DNA of 46,929 nucleotides. Source: Mycobacteriales bacterium. GTDB lineage: Bacteria; Actinomycetota; Actinomycetes; Mycobacteriales; DASULA01. The stretch's first letter is position 1. Each line of letters begins with the position of its first letter. Shown one piece after another: positions 9,888-20,643 of the stretch. The notes beneath the pieces were generated by a model. It was not told where the DNA came from. It searched no databases and saw only the letters and a list, made by a program, of their open reading frames with translations. The DNA is taken from positions 1 to 46,929 of the forward strand of contig DATCWR010000108.1 of the NCBI GenBank assembly GCA_036566245.1, read 5' to 3'. Both the position numbers and the translations under genes were made by a program.

Positions 9888-10604
9888 TTACTTCGTCACC
9901 GACCGGACGCTGCCGCGCCGGGTCCGGTACAGAGTCCACATGCCCGCGCCGAGCATGAGAACCGACAGCACACCGAGGGAGACCGGTGCCACCGGCGACT
10001 GCGAGCTGGCCAGCGCCGCTCCACCGAAGCCGGACTCCACGCTGCCCGTGGGCATCTGGCAGCCCTCAGAGCTGTTGCCGTTCGACCCGGAGACCGCGTC
10101 CTGGGTCATGTCGCCCGACCCGTTCTCGCCGTTCCAGTGGTGCTTGTGGTGCCGCTTGCCGTGCTTGTGGTGGTCGCCGTTCTCGCTGCCCTGCTCGCCC
10201 TCGCTGCTCTGGGCGCTGGACTCTTCCTCGCCACCGTTGCTGTACTCGTGGTCCTTCTTGCCGTGGTCCTTCTTGCCGTCCTTGTGGTGTTCGCTGTTCT
10301 CGCTGCCCTGCTCGCCTTCGCTGCTCTGGGCGCTGGACTCTTCCTCGCTACCGTTGCTGTACTTGTGGTCCTTCTTGCCGTGGTGCTTCTTGCCGTGGTG
10401 GTGCCACGAGCAGTGGTGCTCACTGCCCTCCTCGCCGGAGCCCCCGTAGGTCTGGGCGCCGGCCGCCGCGGCCTGGGGTGCCAGCGGTGTGCCGGTGGAC
10501 GCGTTCGCCGCCTGGGCGCCGGCCAGCATCGCCGAGGCGAACAGGGCGCTTCCCGCGGTGGCCATGGCGAGACCGCGGAGGGCGGAGGTGTGGGTGAGTC
10601 GCAT
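9888..10604 (-). CDS. secreted histidine-rich repeat protein with C-terminal TM plus basic tail (sortase-substrate-like)
   Basis: ATG 10604 has GAAGGGA upstream. Signal peptide MRLTHTSALRGLAMATAGSALFASAMLAGAQAANA. About 19 His lie in HH/HHH runs among Lys/Glu/Ser. The C-terminus reads CQMPTGS...(22 aa)...LGVLSVLMLGAGMWTLY-RTRRGSVRSVTK. Confidence 0.75.
   Translation of the reverse strand: MRLTHTSALRGLAMATAGSALFASAMLAGAQAANASTGTPLAPQAAAAGAQTYGGSGEEGSEHHCSWHHHGKKHHGKKDHKYSNGSEEESSAQSSEGEQGSENSEHHKDGKKDHGKKDHEYSNGGEEESSAQSSEGEQGSENGDHHKHGKRHHKHHWNGENGSGDMTQDAVSGSNGNSSEGCQMPTGSVESGFGGAALASSQSPVAPVSLGVLSVLMLGAGMWTLYRTRRGSVRSVTK
10179..10412. repeat. 2 x 117-bp tandem direct repeat inside the His-rich gene
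   Basis: Units 10179-10295 and 10296-10412. I count only about 4 mismatches over the first ~95 nt. They encode duplicated 39-aa modules (HGKKDH(K/E)YSNG(S/G)EEESSAQSSEGEQGSEN...). Confidence 0.9.
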
Positions 10605-11258
10605 TGCCGATCCCTTCGTCTGTGATGCCGGGCCTGATCTGGCCTCGGAGCGTCGGTCGTCGACCGCCGTGAGGGAGGGGTCGACGCCCAATCGAAGTCC
10701 TGTGTGGACGGGAGGAATTTCTGTAGTCCGAAGTGGACCACGGGTCAACGGACTCGGCATTTCGAAAATGGAGACCAGGCAGGGCCTGCCGGCGTCGATT
10801 CGGGCCACGGTCGGTCCACGCCTGGTGACCCGACGGACCAGACCACTCGGTCGCGGTCACCTGGTCGCGATGCTCACCGGGCCGGGGTTCACCGCAAGGA
10901 CGTCACCGGAAGGCAGTCCGGAACGAACGGGTGATTGTCGAAACCCCCGTGTCGGTGACCGAACCAGAGCCGGATCCCGTGCTCCGCGGATCGTCTCGGC
11001 CGGCGGCGCCACCGGTGGGTCAGGACATCGGACCATGCCAGGCGGCCAACAGCCAGGTCCCCGCTTGGGGGCTTACCGGTGAGAACCCCACCGGGCAACG
11101 GTATTTGAGGGGGCCTTTCGCGAAACCATGACTTCAACCGTCACCACAGCCCCAACTGACGACATCACGGGAGAACTGACGGCGGTAACCGGTTCCACGT
11201 GATGATCTCGCGTGGGGACATCCGCCCCTCCGAGCGGATTCACCTGCGCCCGCGTCGA

Positions 11259-12485
11259 CTACGCCACCCTGGCGTCCCAGTCGACGGTGTAGGAGTAGAC
11301 CCAGGACCGCGCCCGGGCATTGGCCGTTGTCTTGAGCACGAACGGCATGACGATGTCGCGGACGTGCATGGCCAGTGGTCCGGTGATCTTGTTGTGTCGA
11401 CCGTTGCGCCGGGCCAGCCGAACCAGTTTCTCGGCCCGGTCCTTACGGAGCCGCTGGTAGGCGGCGAATGCCCGGGGCGGGTCGGGCATGTCGCGCAGGC
11501 ACTTGGCCACCACGATCGCGCTTTCCATCGCCATCGAGGCACCCTGTCCGCCGTATGGTGAGGTGGCGTGTGCGGCGTCGCCGACCAGCGCGACCGGTCC
11601 CCGGTGCCACGTCGGCAGGGCGGGCACGTCGCACAGTGGATACACCCCGAACTCACCCCGCAGACCCCGGACTATGTCCGGGATCGGGGCGCGATCGTCG
11701 CGGTGTAGTTCCAGCAGCCGCTCCTTCCACACCTCACGGCTGATGGCATCGAGTTCCCGACGGGTCGGCTCGCCCGGGTAGGCCAGGTCGCTGAACCAGT
11801 AGACCTCGCCGTTCGGCCGGACCAGGTGCCCGAAGAAGGCCCGACGGCCCAGCGTGAGGTTCAGTACGTTGGGGGTGGGGGCGATCTCCGGGTTACACAG
11901 AAAGCCACCGGCGTTCACCCGGCCGATGTAGGACGCGCCGGGGGCCTGTGGGTCGATGGCCCTTCTGGTCCGGGAATGGATGCCGTCGCAGCCGATCAGG
12001 CAGTCCGCGGTGGCCCGGGTTCCATCCTCGAACCTGGCCACCACCTGGTGGGGACCGTCGATCTGGACGTCGGCCAGTCGTTTGCCGAACTCGACAGGCA
12101 CGCCACGCCGCACCGCCTCCTCGCGTAGCACCTTGTGTAGCAGGCCACGCCTGATCATCAGGCTGCCGGGTGCGGACCCGTCGTGGTCGTGGTGGACCAG
12201 ATCGTGTCGCACCTGGCCCAGCCGCCGACCCTGACTGTTCCACATGACCATCCCGTCGCAGGGCAGTCCGTGTGGGACCAGCTCGTCCAACACCCCCAGG
12301 GTGCGTAGTACTCCCAGACCGTTGGGCGTCACCATCAGGAACGAGCCGGCGCAGTCGCTGGGCGTCTCGTGTGCCTCGTAGATGACGGGATCGATGCCGG
12401 CCCGGGCGAGGAACATCGCGGTGACCGGCCCGGCAATGCCGCAACCGACGACCATCGCCGTTCTACCTGACGTTGTCCGGGGCAT
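11259..12485 (-). CDS. FAD-dependent aromatic monooxygenase/hydroxylase (whiE ORFVIII-like position)
   Basis: ATG 12485 has AAGGAG 7 nt upstream. GxGxxG (VGCGIAGP), GCDGIHSRTR, and the GD motif LVGDAAHATSPYGGQGASMAMES. Transcribed divergently from the PKS operon. Confidence 0.85.
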   Translation of the reverse strand: MPRTTSGRTAMVVGCGIAGPVTAMFLARAGIDPVIYEAHETPSDCAGSFLMVTPNGLGVLRTLGVLDELVPHGLPCDGMVMWNSQGRRLGQVRHDLVHHDHDGSAPGSLMIRRGLLHKVLREEAVRRGVPVEFGKRLADVQIDGPHQVVARFEDGTRATADCLIGCDGIHSRTRRAIDPQAPGASYIGRVNAGGFLCNPEIAPTPNVLNLTLGRRAFFGHLVRPNGEVYWFSDLAYPGEPTRRELDAISREVWKERLLELHRDDRAPIPDIVRGLRGEFGVYPLCDVPALPTWHRGPVALVGDAAHATSPYGGQGASMAMESAIVVAKCLRDMPDPPRAFAAYQRLRKDRAEKLVRLARRNGRHNKITGPLAMHVRDIVMPFVLKTTANARARSWVYSYTVDWDARVA

Positions 12486-12887
12486 CGCGGTACTCCTTGA
12501 GAGGACGGATGAGCCAGGGCGGGACTGGGCCAACCTGGTCGCCAACGTGATCCGTTCCCGTTGGCGTGGAAGGCCTGGTCAACGCACGGTCTGGGAAGGT
12601 GACGCGGTGGGCAGGTGCCGCCGCGTGACCATGTTCAGCCCACTTTCGGACAATGTCAATAACCACTGTGGAGTGTCCTGTTGGGACATCAACCAACTGG
12701 CAAAAGCCATATAGGGGAGGAAAACCTTGCCGGTAGAGGTTTCCTGAGTCGACCGCCACGCCGACAGGTGCCCGGTCGCACCGGACAGTAGTCCAACGAG
12801 CACGTGTCCTAACAGGACCGAGCATTCCCGCCGAGTTAGCCTCGACCTTCCGTCAACTCACCGACCTGTTCTCGACAGGAGCCCAGC

Positions 12888-13238
12888 ATGAACAGAACGC
12901 TCATCGTGGCAAGGATGGAACCAGCCGAGAGTGCGGCGGTGGCCGAGATCTTCGCCGAGTCCGATTCCGGCGAACTACCGGGCCTGGTGGGCGTCACCCA
13001 CCGGGCCCTGTTCAGCTTCCACGGGCTCTACATGCACCTGATCGAGTCACATACCGACGTGGCCACAACGCTCCCGCTGGTGCGGGACAACCCGGCTTTC
13101 CGGGAGGTCAACACCCGATTGGCCTCACACATCCGGCCCTACGACCCGAGCTGGCGAGAGCCGAAAGATGCTGTGGCACAACAGTTCTACGCCTGGTCGG
13201 CGAAGCCGGCCGAGCAGGTGCAGGCCGGCCGGTCCTGA
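12888..13238 (+). CDS. TcmI-family polyketide cyclase
   Basis: The 116-aa product aligns by eye with TcmI/whiE ORFVII: LIVARMEP, ELP, FSFHGLYMHLIE, FREVN, PY and FYAWS. Confidence 0.85.
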   Translation: MNRTLIVARMEPAESAAVAEIFAESDSGELPGLVGVTHRALFSFHGLYMHLIESHTDVATTLPLVRDNPAFREVNTRLASHIRPYDPSWREPKDAVAQQFYAWSAKPAEQVQAGRS

Positions 13239-13271
13239 CCGTCCCGACCCGCACCGGTATCGGATCGCCGT

Positions 13272-13309
13272 CCGTCTGGTCAGGACCGACCATGGTCCTG
13301 ACCAGACGG
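13272..13309. promoter_or_regulatory. perfect 16-bp-stem inverted repeat in the cyclase-cupin intergenic region
   Basis: CCGTCTGGTCAGGACC (13272-13287) pairs with GGTCCTGACCAGACGG (13294-13309) around a 6-nt loop. No U-tract follows. Confidence 0.6.
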
Positions 13310-13412
13310 TGACCGGCTTGGATCGTCACGGCCCGGTCACAGGACCATGTCACACCCCGACACCGACCAGACCACAGACCAGGTAGGTCACCACCCCGAG
13401 GAGGACCGCTCC

Positions 13413-13838
13413 GTGCCCACCGACCCAGTCAAGATCGCTGCCACCGACATCGCGCCGAACCGCCGCAGGGGCGGAGACATCCGGGTGTTGCTCAGTCCGA
13501 CCACGGTCGGGGCGACCTCGGGTTTCCTGGGAGTGCTGAACCTGGCTCCGGGCGAGTACGTCAGCGAGCACTACCACCCCTACTCCGAGGAGTTCGTCTA
13601 CCTGGTCAGTGGTTCCATGGTCATCCGGGTGGACGACGTCGAGGTACCCATGGCGGCCGGTGAGGCACTGCTGGTGGCCAAAAACGCCCGACACCGCCTG
13701 ATGAACACCGGCACCGAGGAGGTGCTGGCGGTGTTCCAACTTGCACCGCTGGCCCCCCGGCCCGACCTCGGCCACGTGGACACCGAACCTCCGCGTGAAC
13801 CGGCCATCCAGGCACCGGACGTGGGAGGCGTGACGTGA
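13413..13838 (+). CDS. cupin-domain protein (TcmJ / whiE ORFII-like)
   Basis: Cupin motif [17 protein letters not shown] followed by [10 protein letters not shown] prefer GTG 13413 because GAGGAGGA lies 7 nt upstream. The longest ORF starts at ATG 13347. The stop overlaps the KS-alpha start. Confidence 0.75.
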   Translation: MPTDPVKIAATDIAPNRRRGGDIRVLLSPTTVGATSGFLGVLNLAPGEYVSEHYHPYSEEFVYLVSGSMVIRVDDVEVPMAAGEALLVAKNARHRLMNTGTEEVLAVFQLAPLAPRPDLGHVDTEPPREPAIQAPDVGGVT

Positions 13839-15132
13839 CCGGCCGGGTGGCCGCGATCACCGGCATCGGCGTGGTCGCGCCCGGAGGGATCGGTACCAAG
13901 AACTTCTGGGAACTGGTCACCGCGGGTCGGACCGCCACCCGCACCATCTCGTTCTTCGACCCGTCCGGATTCCGGTCCAGGGTGGCCGCCGAGGTCGACT
14001 TCGACCCCGCCCGGGAGGGGCTGACCACCCGGGAGGTCCGGCGGATGGACCGGGCCGCACAGTTCGCCGTCGTCTGTGCCCGCGAGGCGTTGGCGGACAG
14101 CGGCCTGGGCCTGGACGGGATCGACCCGGATCGGGTGACGGTGAGTATCGGCAGTGCGGTGGGCTGCACCACCGGGCTGGAGAACGAGTACGTGGTGGTC
14201 AGCGACACCGGTCGGGACTGGCTGGTGGACCACCGTTACGCCATGCCACACCTCTACCAGTTCCTGGTGCCCAGCAGCATCGCCGCCGAGGTGGCCTGGA
14301 CCTGTGGTGCCGAGGGCCCGGTGGCAACCGTTTCCACCGGCTGCACCTCCGGGCTGGACGCGGTCGGGCACGCCGCCCGGATCATCGCCGAGGGGACCGC
14401 CGACATGGCCCTGGCCGGCGCCACCGACGCACCGATCTCCCCGATCACCGTGGCCTGCTTCGACGCGATCAAGGCGACGTCGGCGAACAACGACGACCCG
14501 GCGCACGCCTCCCGGCCGTTCGACCGGTCCCGCGACGGTTTCGTGCTCGGCGAGGGGGCCGCCGTGTTCGTGCTGGAGGAGCGACAGCGGGCCCGAGCAC
14601 GTGGCGCCCACGTCTACGCCGAGATCGTGGGGTTCGCCAGTCGGAGCAACGCCTTCCACATGACCGGGTTGCGGCCGGACGGACTGGAGATGGCCGAGGC
14701 GATCCGGGTCGCCATGTCGCAGGCCCGGATCGGCCCCGACCAGGTGGACTACATCAACGCGCACGGGTCCGGCACCAGGCAGAACGACCGACACGAGACC
14801 GCCGCGTTCAAGGTCAGCCTGGGACAGAGGGCCTATCAGGTGCCGGTGAGTTCGATCAAGTCGATGGTCGGCCACTCGCTGGGTGCCATCGGGTCGATCG
14901 AGGTGGCCGCCAGCGCACTGGCCATCGAACACAACGTGGTGCCACCCACCGCGAACCTCACCGAGGCAGACCCGGAGTGCGACCTGGACTACACCCCCCT
15001 GGTGGCCCGCGAACAGCAGATCGACGTGGTGCTGTCGGTGGGATCGGGGTTCGGTGGTTTCCAGAGCGCGATCATGCTCGCCGCGCCCGGGTTGGCCGTC
15101 CCGGCGCCGGCCGGATCGGGGCAGGTGACATC

Positions 15133-15136
<4 letters not shown>
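13835..15136 (+). CDS. type II PKS ketosynthase alpha (KS-alpha)
   Basis: Active-site Cys in [12 protein letters not shown], with His residues in AFHMTGL and [11 protein letters not shown] start overlaps the cupin stop (GTGA). Confidence 0.95.
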
Positions 15137-17155
<2,019 letters not shown>

Positions 17156-17156
17156 G

Positions 17157-17615
17157 GTGACCCAGATCCTGCTCTCGCTGGTGTTGTTGACCAGTGGCCC
17201 GGCAGCCGGTGTGCTGATCGGCAGTGCGATGGGCCCGGTGCTCGCGCTCCAGTCCCTGCCGCCGAACCGGTACGTGGAGATGCACCGCCTGCTGGCCCGG
17301 CGGCCCGAACCGTTCCAGCCGATCTGTTTCGTCACGGCACTGGTCTGCGACGCCATGCTGGTGGTGCTGGTCGAGTCTGTCGGCGTGTCGATGCTCTGCG
17401 CGGTGGCGGCTGCCTGTGAGGCCGGCGTGATCATGGTCTCGAAGGCACGCAGCAACCCACTCAAGCGGTTCGCGACGTCCTTCGACCCGGAGAACCTGCC
17501 CGACGAGTGGGCCCAGATAGACCCGCGGCCCAGTTGGGCGCGCTGGAACCTGGCCCGCACCGCGTTGGCCAGTGTGGCCCTGGTCGCCAACGTCGCCGCT
17601 GTCGTCGCGATGTGA
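17157..17615 (+). CDS. small 4-TM membrane protein, DUF1772 / anthrone-oxygenase-like
   Basis: 152 aa with four hydrophobic helices. GTG lies 1 nt after the upstream stop. The family assignment rests on size, topology and PKS context only. Confidence 0.55.
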   Translation: MTQILLSLVLLTSGPAAGVLIGSAMGPVLALQSLPPNRYVEMHRLLARRPEPFQPICFVTALVCDAMLVVLVESVGVSMLCAVAAACEAGVIMVSKARSNPLKRFATSFDPENLPDEWAQIDPRPSWARWNLARTALASVALVANVAAVVAM

Positions 17616-17646
17616 ACGGGACTATCCGAACAGGACGGACGAGCAG

Positions 17647-17988
17647 ATGACAGAACCCCACGACCGACAGCCCGGCGTGTTCCGGGTGATTCTCCGGATG
17701 GACGTGTACAGCGGCGGCGAGGCGGAGTTCGAGCGGGTCTGGGCGGACATCGCAACGGTGGTCGCCGAGAATCCGGCCAGTCTGGGCCAGTGGCTGATGC
17801 GCGGCTGTGACGGGCAGTCGGTGTACTACGTGATCAGTGACTGGCGTGACGAGGCGGCGTTCCGCGAGTTCGAGACCAGCCCGGCGCACCAGGAGCACCG
17901 CCGGCGACTGGCACCGCTCCGCCACGGGGGATGGATGATCACCGCCCAGGTGGTGCACAGCGTGGCCACCCGCGGCGCGCCGGTCTGA
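17647..17988 (+). CDS. antibiotic biosynthesis monooxygenase (ABM) family protein
   Basis: 113 aa with a ferredoxin-like pattern: FRVILRMDV, YYVISDWRDEAAFREFETSPAHQEH. ATG 17647 has AGGACGGA upstream. Confidence 0.8.
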   Translation: MTEPHDRQPGVFRVILRMDVYSGGEAEFERVWADIATVVAENPASLGQWLMRGCDGQSVYYVISDWRDEAAFREFETSPAHQEHRRRLAPLRHGGWMITAQVVHSVATRGAPV

Positions 17989-18116
17989 GCACCGCCACGC
18001 CATCGATGTCGGTCGTTCGACACCGTTCGACCGGAGGCGCCGGCGCGGCGCGGCCCTGACCGTCACCGCACCGGCATGCCACGACCCGACAGACAGCACC
18101 GGTACAGCAGCTATCA

Positions 18117-18158
18117 CGGCACCCGATGCGGCACCGGATGCGGCACACACCGCGGCAC
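18117..18158. repeat. CGGCAC x4 with exact 12-nt phasing upstream of the carboxyltransferase gene
   Basis: CGGCAC begins at 18117, 18129, 18141 and 18153. The two central units are 10/10 identical (GATGCGGCAC at 18125 and 18137). The array ends ~7 nt before the GGGAGG RBS. Confidence 0.85.
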
Positions 18159-18176
18159 CGGACCGGGAGGCGCGAC

Positions 18177-20009
18177 ATGACGCACACGTCGGAATCCCCC
18201 AGGGCGCGACCCGCCTGGGTACGTTGCAACCGTTGCCACACCATCACCTACCACAAGCGGTTCGAGCGGGCACTGGGTGTGTGTGGCTGCGGATGGCACG
18301 CCCCGCTGACCGCGCCCGAACGGTTGGCCCAACTACTCGACCCGGGCAGCCACCACCCACTGCCGACCGCCCATGCAGCCGAGGATCCTCTCGGTTTCGT
18401 GGACACCGTGCCCTACTCGCAGCGCCTGTCCAGGACCAGGGCCCGGACCGGGTTGGACCAGGCCGTGCTCTGTGCACGGGGAACGATCGGTGGCTGGCCG
18501 GTGGTGGCCGCGGTGATGGACTTCCGGTTCCTGGGCGGGAGTCTGGGCTGTTCGGAGGGAGAGGCGATCACCCAGGCCGCCGAACACGCACTACGTGAGC
18601 GGGTACCGCTGCTGATGGTGACCGCCTCGGGCGGCGCCCGGATGCAGGAGGGAACCCTGTCCCTGATGCAGATGGCCAAGACCAGCCAGGCCCTGGGTGA
18701 TCTGGACCGGGCCGGGCTGCCGGCGGTCTCGTTGATCACCGATCCGACCTATGGTGGGGTGGCCGCGTCGTTCGCCACCCTCGCTGACGTGGTCGTGGCC
18801 GAACCCGGCGCCCGGATGGGGTTCGCCGGTCCACGGGTGATCGAACAGACCATTCGCCAGCCGCTGCCGGAGGGGTTCCAGACCGCCGAACTACTGTTGC
18901 GGCAGGGGCTCATCGACGAGGTGCGGCCACGTGCCGGGTTGCGCTCGCTGTTGGCCCGGCTACTCGGTGTACGCCGGGTGCCGGCCGGTTCGTGGGACCC
19001 GCCGCACGTGCCGGAAGTACCGCCGATACCGGACCCGCCGGCAGCAGATACGGCCACAGTGGACAGTATTGCCGGGATGGGCGGGCCGGAACGCCTGGAC
19101 GCGTGGGAGAGCGTACGACTGGCCCGACATCCGGACCGACCGACCACCCTGGACCACATCGCCGGAATGTTCGACGGTTTCCAGGAACTGCACGGCGACC
19201 GGATCTCCGGAGACTGTCCGGCGATCGTCGGGGGGATCGCGGAGCTGTCCGGTCAGTCCGTTGTCGTGATCGGACACCAGAAGGGGCACCACAGTCGGGA
19301 ACTGGCCGCCCGAAACTTCGGCATGGCCAGCCCCAACGGGTACCGCAAGGCGGCCAGGCTGATGCGCCTGGCGCAGAAACTACGCATCCCGGTGATCACG
19401 CTGATCGACACTCCCGGTGCCTACCCCGGCCGGGAGGCCGAGGAACAGGGTCAGGCCCAGGCCATCGCGGAGAACATCCGGCTGATGGCGGGACTCACCG
19501 TGCCGACGGTGGCCGTGGTCACCGGTGAGGGCGGCAGCGGTGGGGCACTCGCGCTGGCGGTGGCCGACCGGGTGTTGGCCTGCGCACACGCGGTCTACTC
19601 GGTGATCAGCCCGGAGGGATGCGCGGCGATCGTGTGGAAGGACCCGGCCGCGGCGCCGGCCGCGGCGACCGCGCTGAGCCTGGACGCCGCGTCGTTGCTG
19701 CGCCTGGGCGTGATCGACGCCGTGGTGCCCGAACCACCGGGCGGGGCCCACCACGACCCGGTCCTGGCCACCGGTCTGGTCCGGGCCGCGGTGATCGAGG
19801 CGCTGGGCGAACTGTTGGACCGGCCGGTCGCCGAACTGGTGCGGGCTCGGGCCGCCAGGTTCCGTGCGTTCGGTCGTCCAGCCGGGCACGCCTCCGGGTC
19901 GGTTGGTTCGGCCGCTTCGGCGGGTACAGATGAGCGGGCGGACACGGCAGACCCGGTTCCAGACCGACCGACGCCCGAACGGGCGACAGCAGAGACGGTG
20001 AGCCGATGA
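18177..20009 (+). CDS. acetyl-CoA carboxylase carboxyltransferase, fused beta (AccD) and alpha (AccA) subunits
   Basis: ATG 18177 has GGGAGG upstream. N-terminal AccD zinc-ribbon region CNRC-x15-CGC, and the AccD body ([11 protein letters not shown]). A ~70-aa linker precedes the AccA body ([43 protein letters not shown]). Confidence 0.9.
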   Translation: MTHTSESPRARPAWVRCNRCHTITYHKRFERALGVCGCGWHAPLTAPERLAQLLDPGSHHPLPTAHAAEDPLGFVDTVPYSQRLSRTRARTGLDQAVLCARGTIGGWPVVAAVMDFRFLGGSLGCSEGEAITQAAEHALRERVPLLMVTASGGARMQEGTLSLMQMAKTSQALGDLDRAGLPAVSLITDPTYGGVAASFATLADVVVAEPGARMGFAGPRVIEQTIRQPLPEGFQTAELLLRQGLIDEVRPRAGLRSLLARLLGVRRVPAGSWDPPHVPEVPPIPDPPAADTATVDSIAGMGGPERLDAWESVRLARHPDRPTTLDHIAGMFDGFQELHGDRISGDCPAIVGGIAELSGQSVVVIGHQKGHHSRELAARNFGMASPNGYRKAARLMRLAQKLRIPVITLIDTPGAYPGREAEEQGQAQAIAENIRLMAGLTVPTVAVVTGEGGSGGALALAVADRVLACAHAVYSVISPEGCAAIVWKDPAAAPAAATALSLDAASLLRLGVIDAVVPEPPGGAHHDPVLATGLVRAAVIEALGELLDRPVAELVRARAARFRAFGRPAGHASGSVGSAASAGTDERADTADPVPDRPTPERATAETVSR

Positions 20010-20599
20010 TGACATCACAGACGAACGGGCAGACCGCGACCCTGCCGCTTGAGCATGTCTGCCGTGGCGCGGCCGAACTGCTGCGTGCGGTCGGACATCC
20101 ACTGCGCCGGCTCACCGTGCGGGTGGGGGACACCTCGGTCGAGATCGAGTGGCCGCCTCCCAACGCCGGTCAGTCGGCTGGCCAGGTCGGCCAGGGTGGT
20201 CAGGGTGGTCAGGCCGTCGGTTCACCGCCTGGTCCGGTCGTCGGGGCAGCGTCCCCGGACACCGGCAACGGTTCGGTCGACCCGACCCCGGCGGCACATG
20301 TGGTCACCGCGCCACACGTGGGCACGTTCTACCGCTGCCCCGAACCCGGGTCCGCGCCGTTCGTGTCCGAGGGCGATCTGATCAGCCGCGGCCAACAGGT
20401 CGGCATCCTCGAGGCGATGAAACTGATGAACCCGATCGAGGCGGACCAGAGCGGTCGGGTGCTGGAGGTGCTGGTTGCCGACGGGACCCCGGTGGAGTTC
20501 GAACAGCCGTTGATCGCACTGGCCGCGGCCGACGACCACGGCGGTGCAGACCACGGCGGCCTGCACGGCAACGGAGCGAACCGCCCACCGGGCAGGTGA
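20006..20599 (+). CDS. accB: biotin carboxyl carrier protein
   Basis: Biotinyl-lysine motif EAMKLMN inside a lipoyl-like domain. ATGA overlap with the upstream stop. Gly/Gln-rich linker. Confidence 0.85.
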   Translation: MMTSQTNGQTATLPLEHVCRGAAELLRAVGHPLRRLTVRVGDTSVEIEWPPPNAGQSAGQVGQGGQGGQAVGSPPGPVVGAASPDTGNGSVDPTPAAHVVTAPHVGTFYRCPEPGSAPFVSEGDLISRGQQVGILEAMKLMNPIEADQSGRVLEVLVADGTPVEFEQPLIALAAADDHGGADHGGLHGNGANRPPGR

Positions 20600-20643
20600 A
20601 CCACGGTCGGACCGGACGGTCTGGTTTGCCAGGGGAGGCGGAC

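Noticed and set aside
8868-10412. Tandem repeats checked as a possible CRISPR array
   Set aside because: The repeats are directly adjacent with no spacers, lie in-frame inside coding genes, and no cas genes are present.
11076-11104. CCGGTGAGAACCCCACCGGGCAACGGTAT resembles part of a cobalamin riboswitch core (GGTG-GAA-CC...GCAAC-GT)
   Set aside because: Only a fragment matches. The expected CCCGC context and the B12 box (GCCACTG) are absent, and no suitable gene follows on that strand. I treat it as a chance resemblance. An Infernal scan would settle it.
11128-11202. 24-codon Thr-rich ORF (MTSTVTTAPTDDITGELTAVTGST), considered as a leader peptide or RiPP precursor
   Set aside because: No downstream gene lies on the same strand (the next gene is convergent), there are no adjacent modification enzymes, and no clear RBS. 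It is kept only as a note within the intergenic-gap finding.
12579-12803. 74-aa ORF on the minus strand within the PKS divergent promoter region
   Set aside because: Its non-GC-type composition simply reflects the lower GC of this intergenic region. It has no RBS, no motif, and would occupy the whole promoter region.
13598-14932. 444-aa ORF antisense to KS-alpha
   Set aside because: Antisense to a gene with unambiguous KS motifs. Low-complexity Gly/Pro/Arg/His composition.
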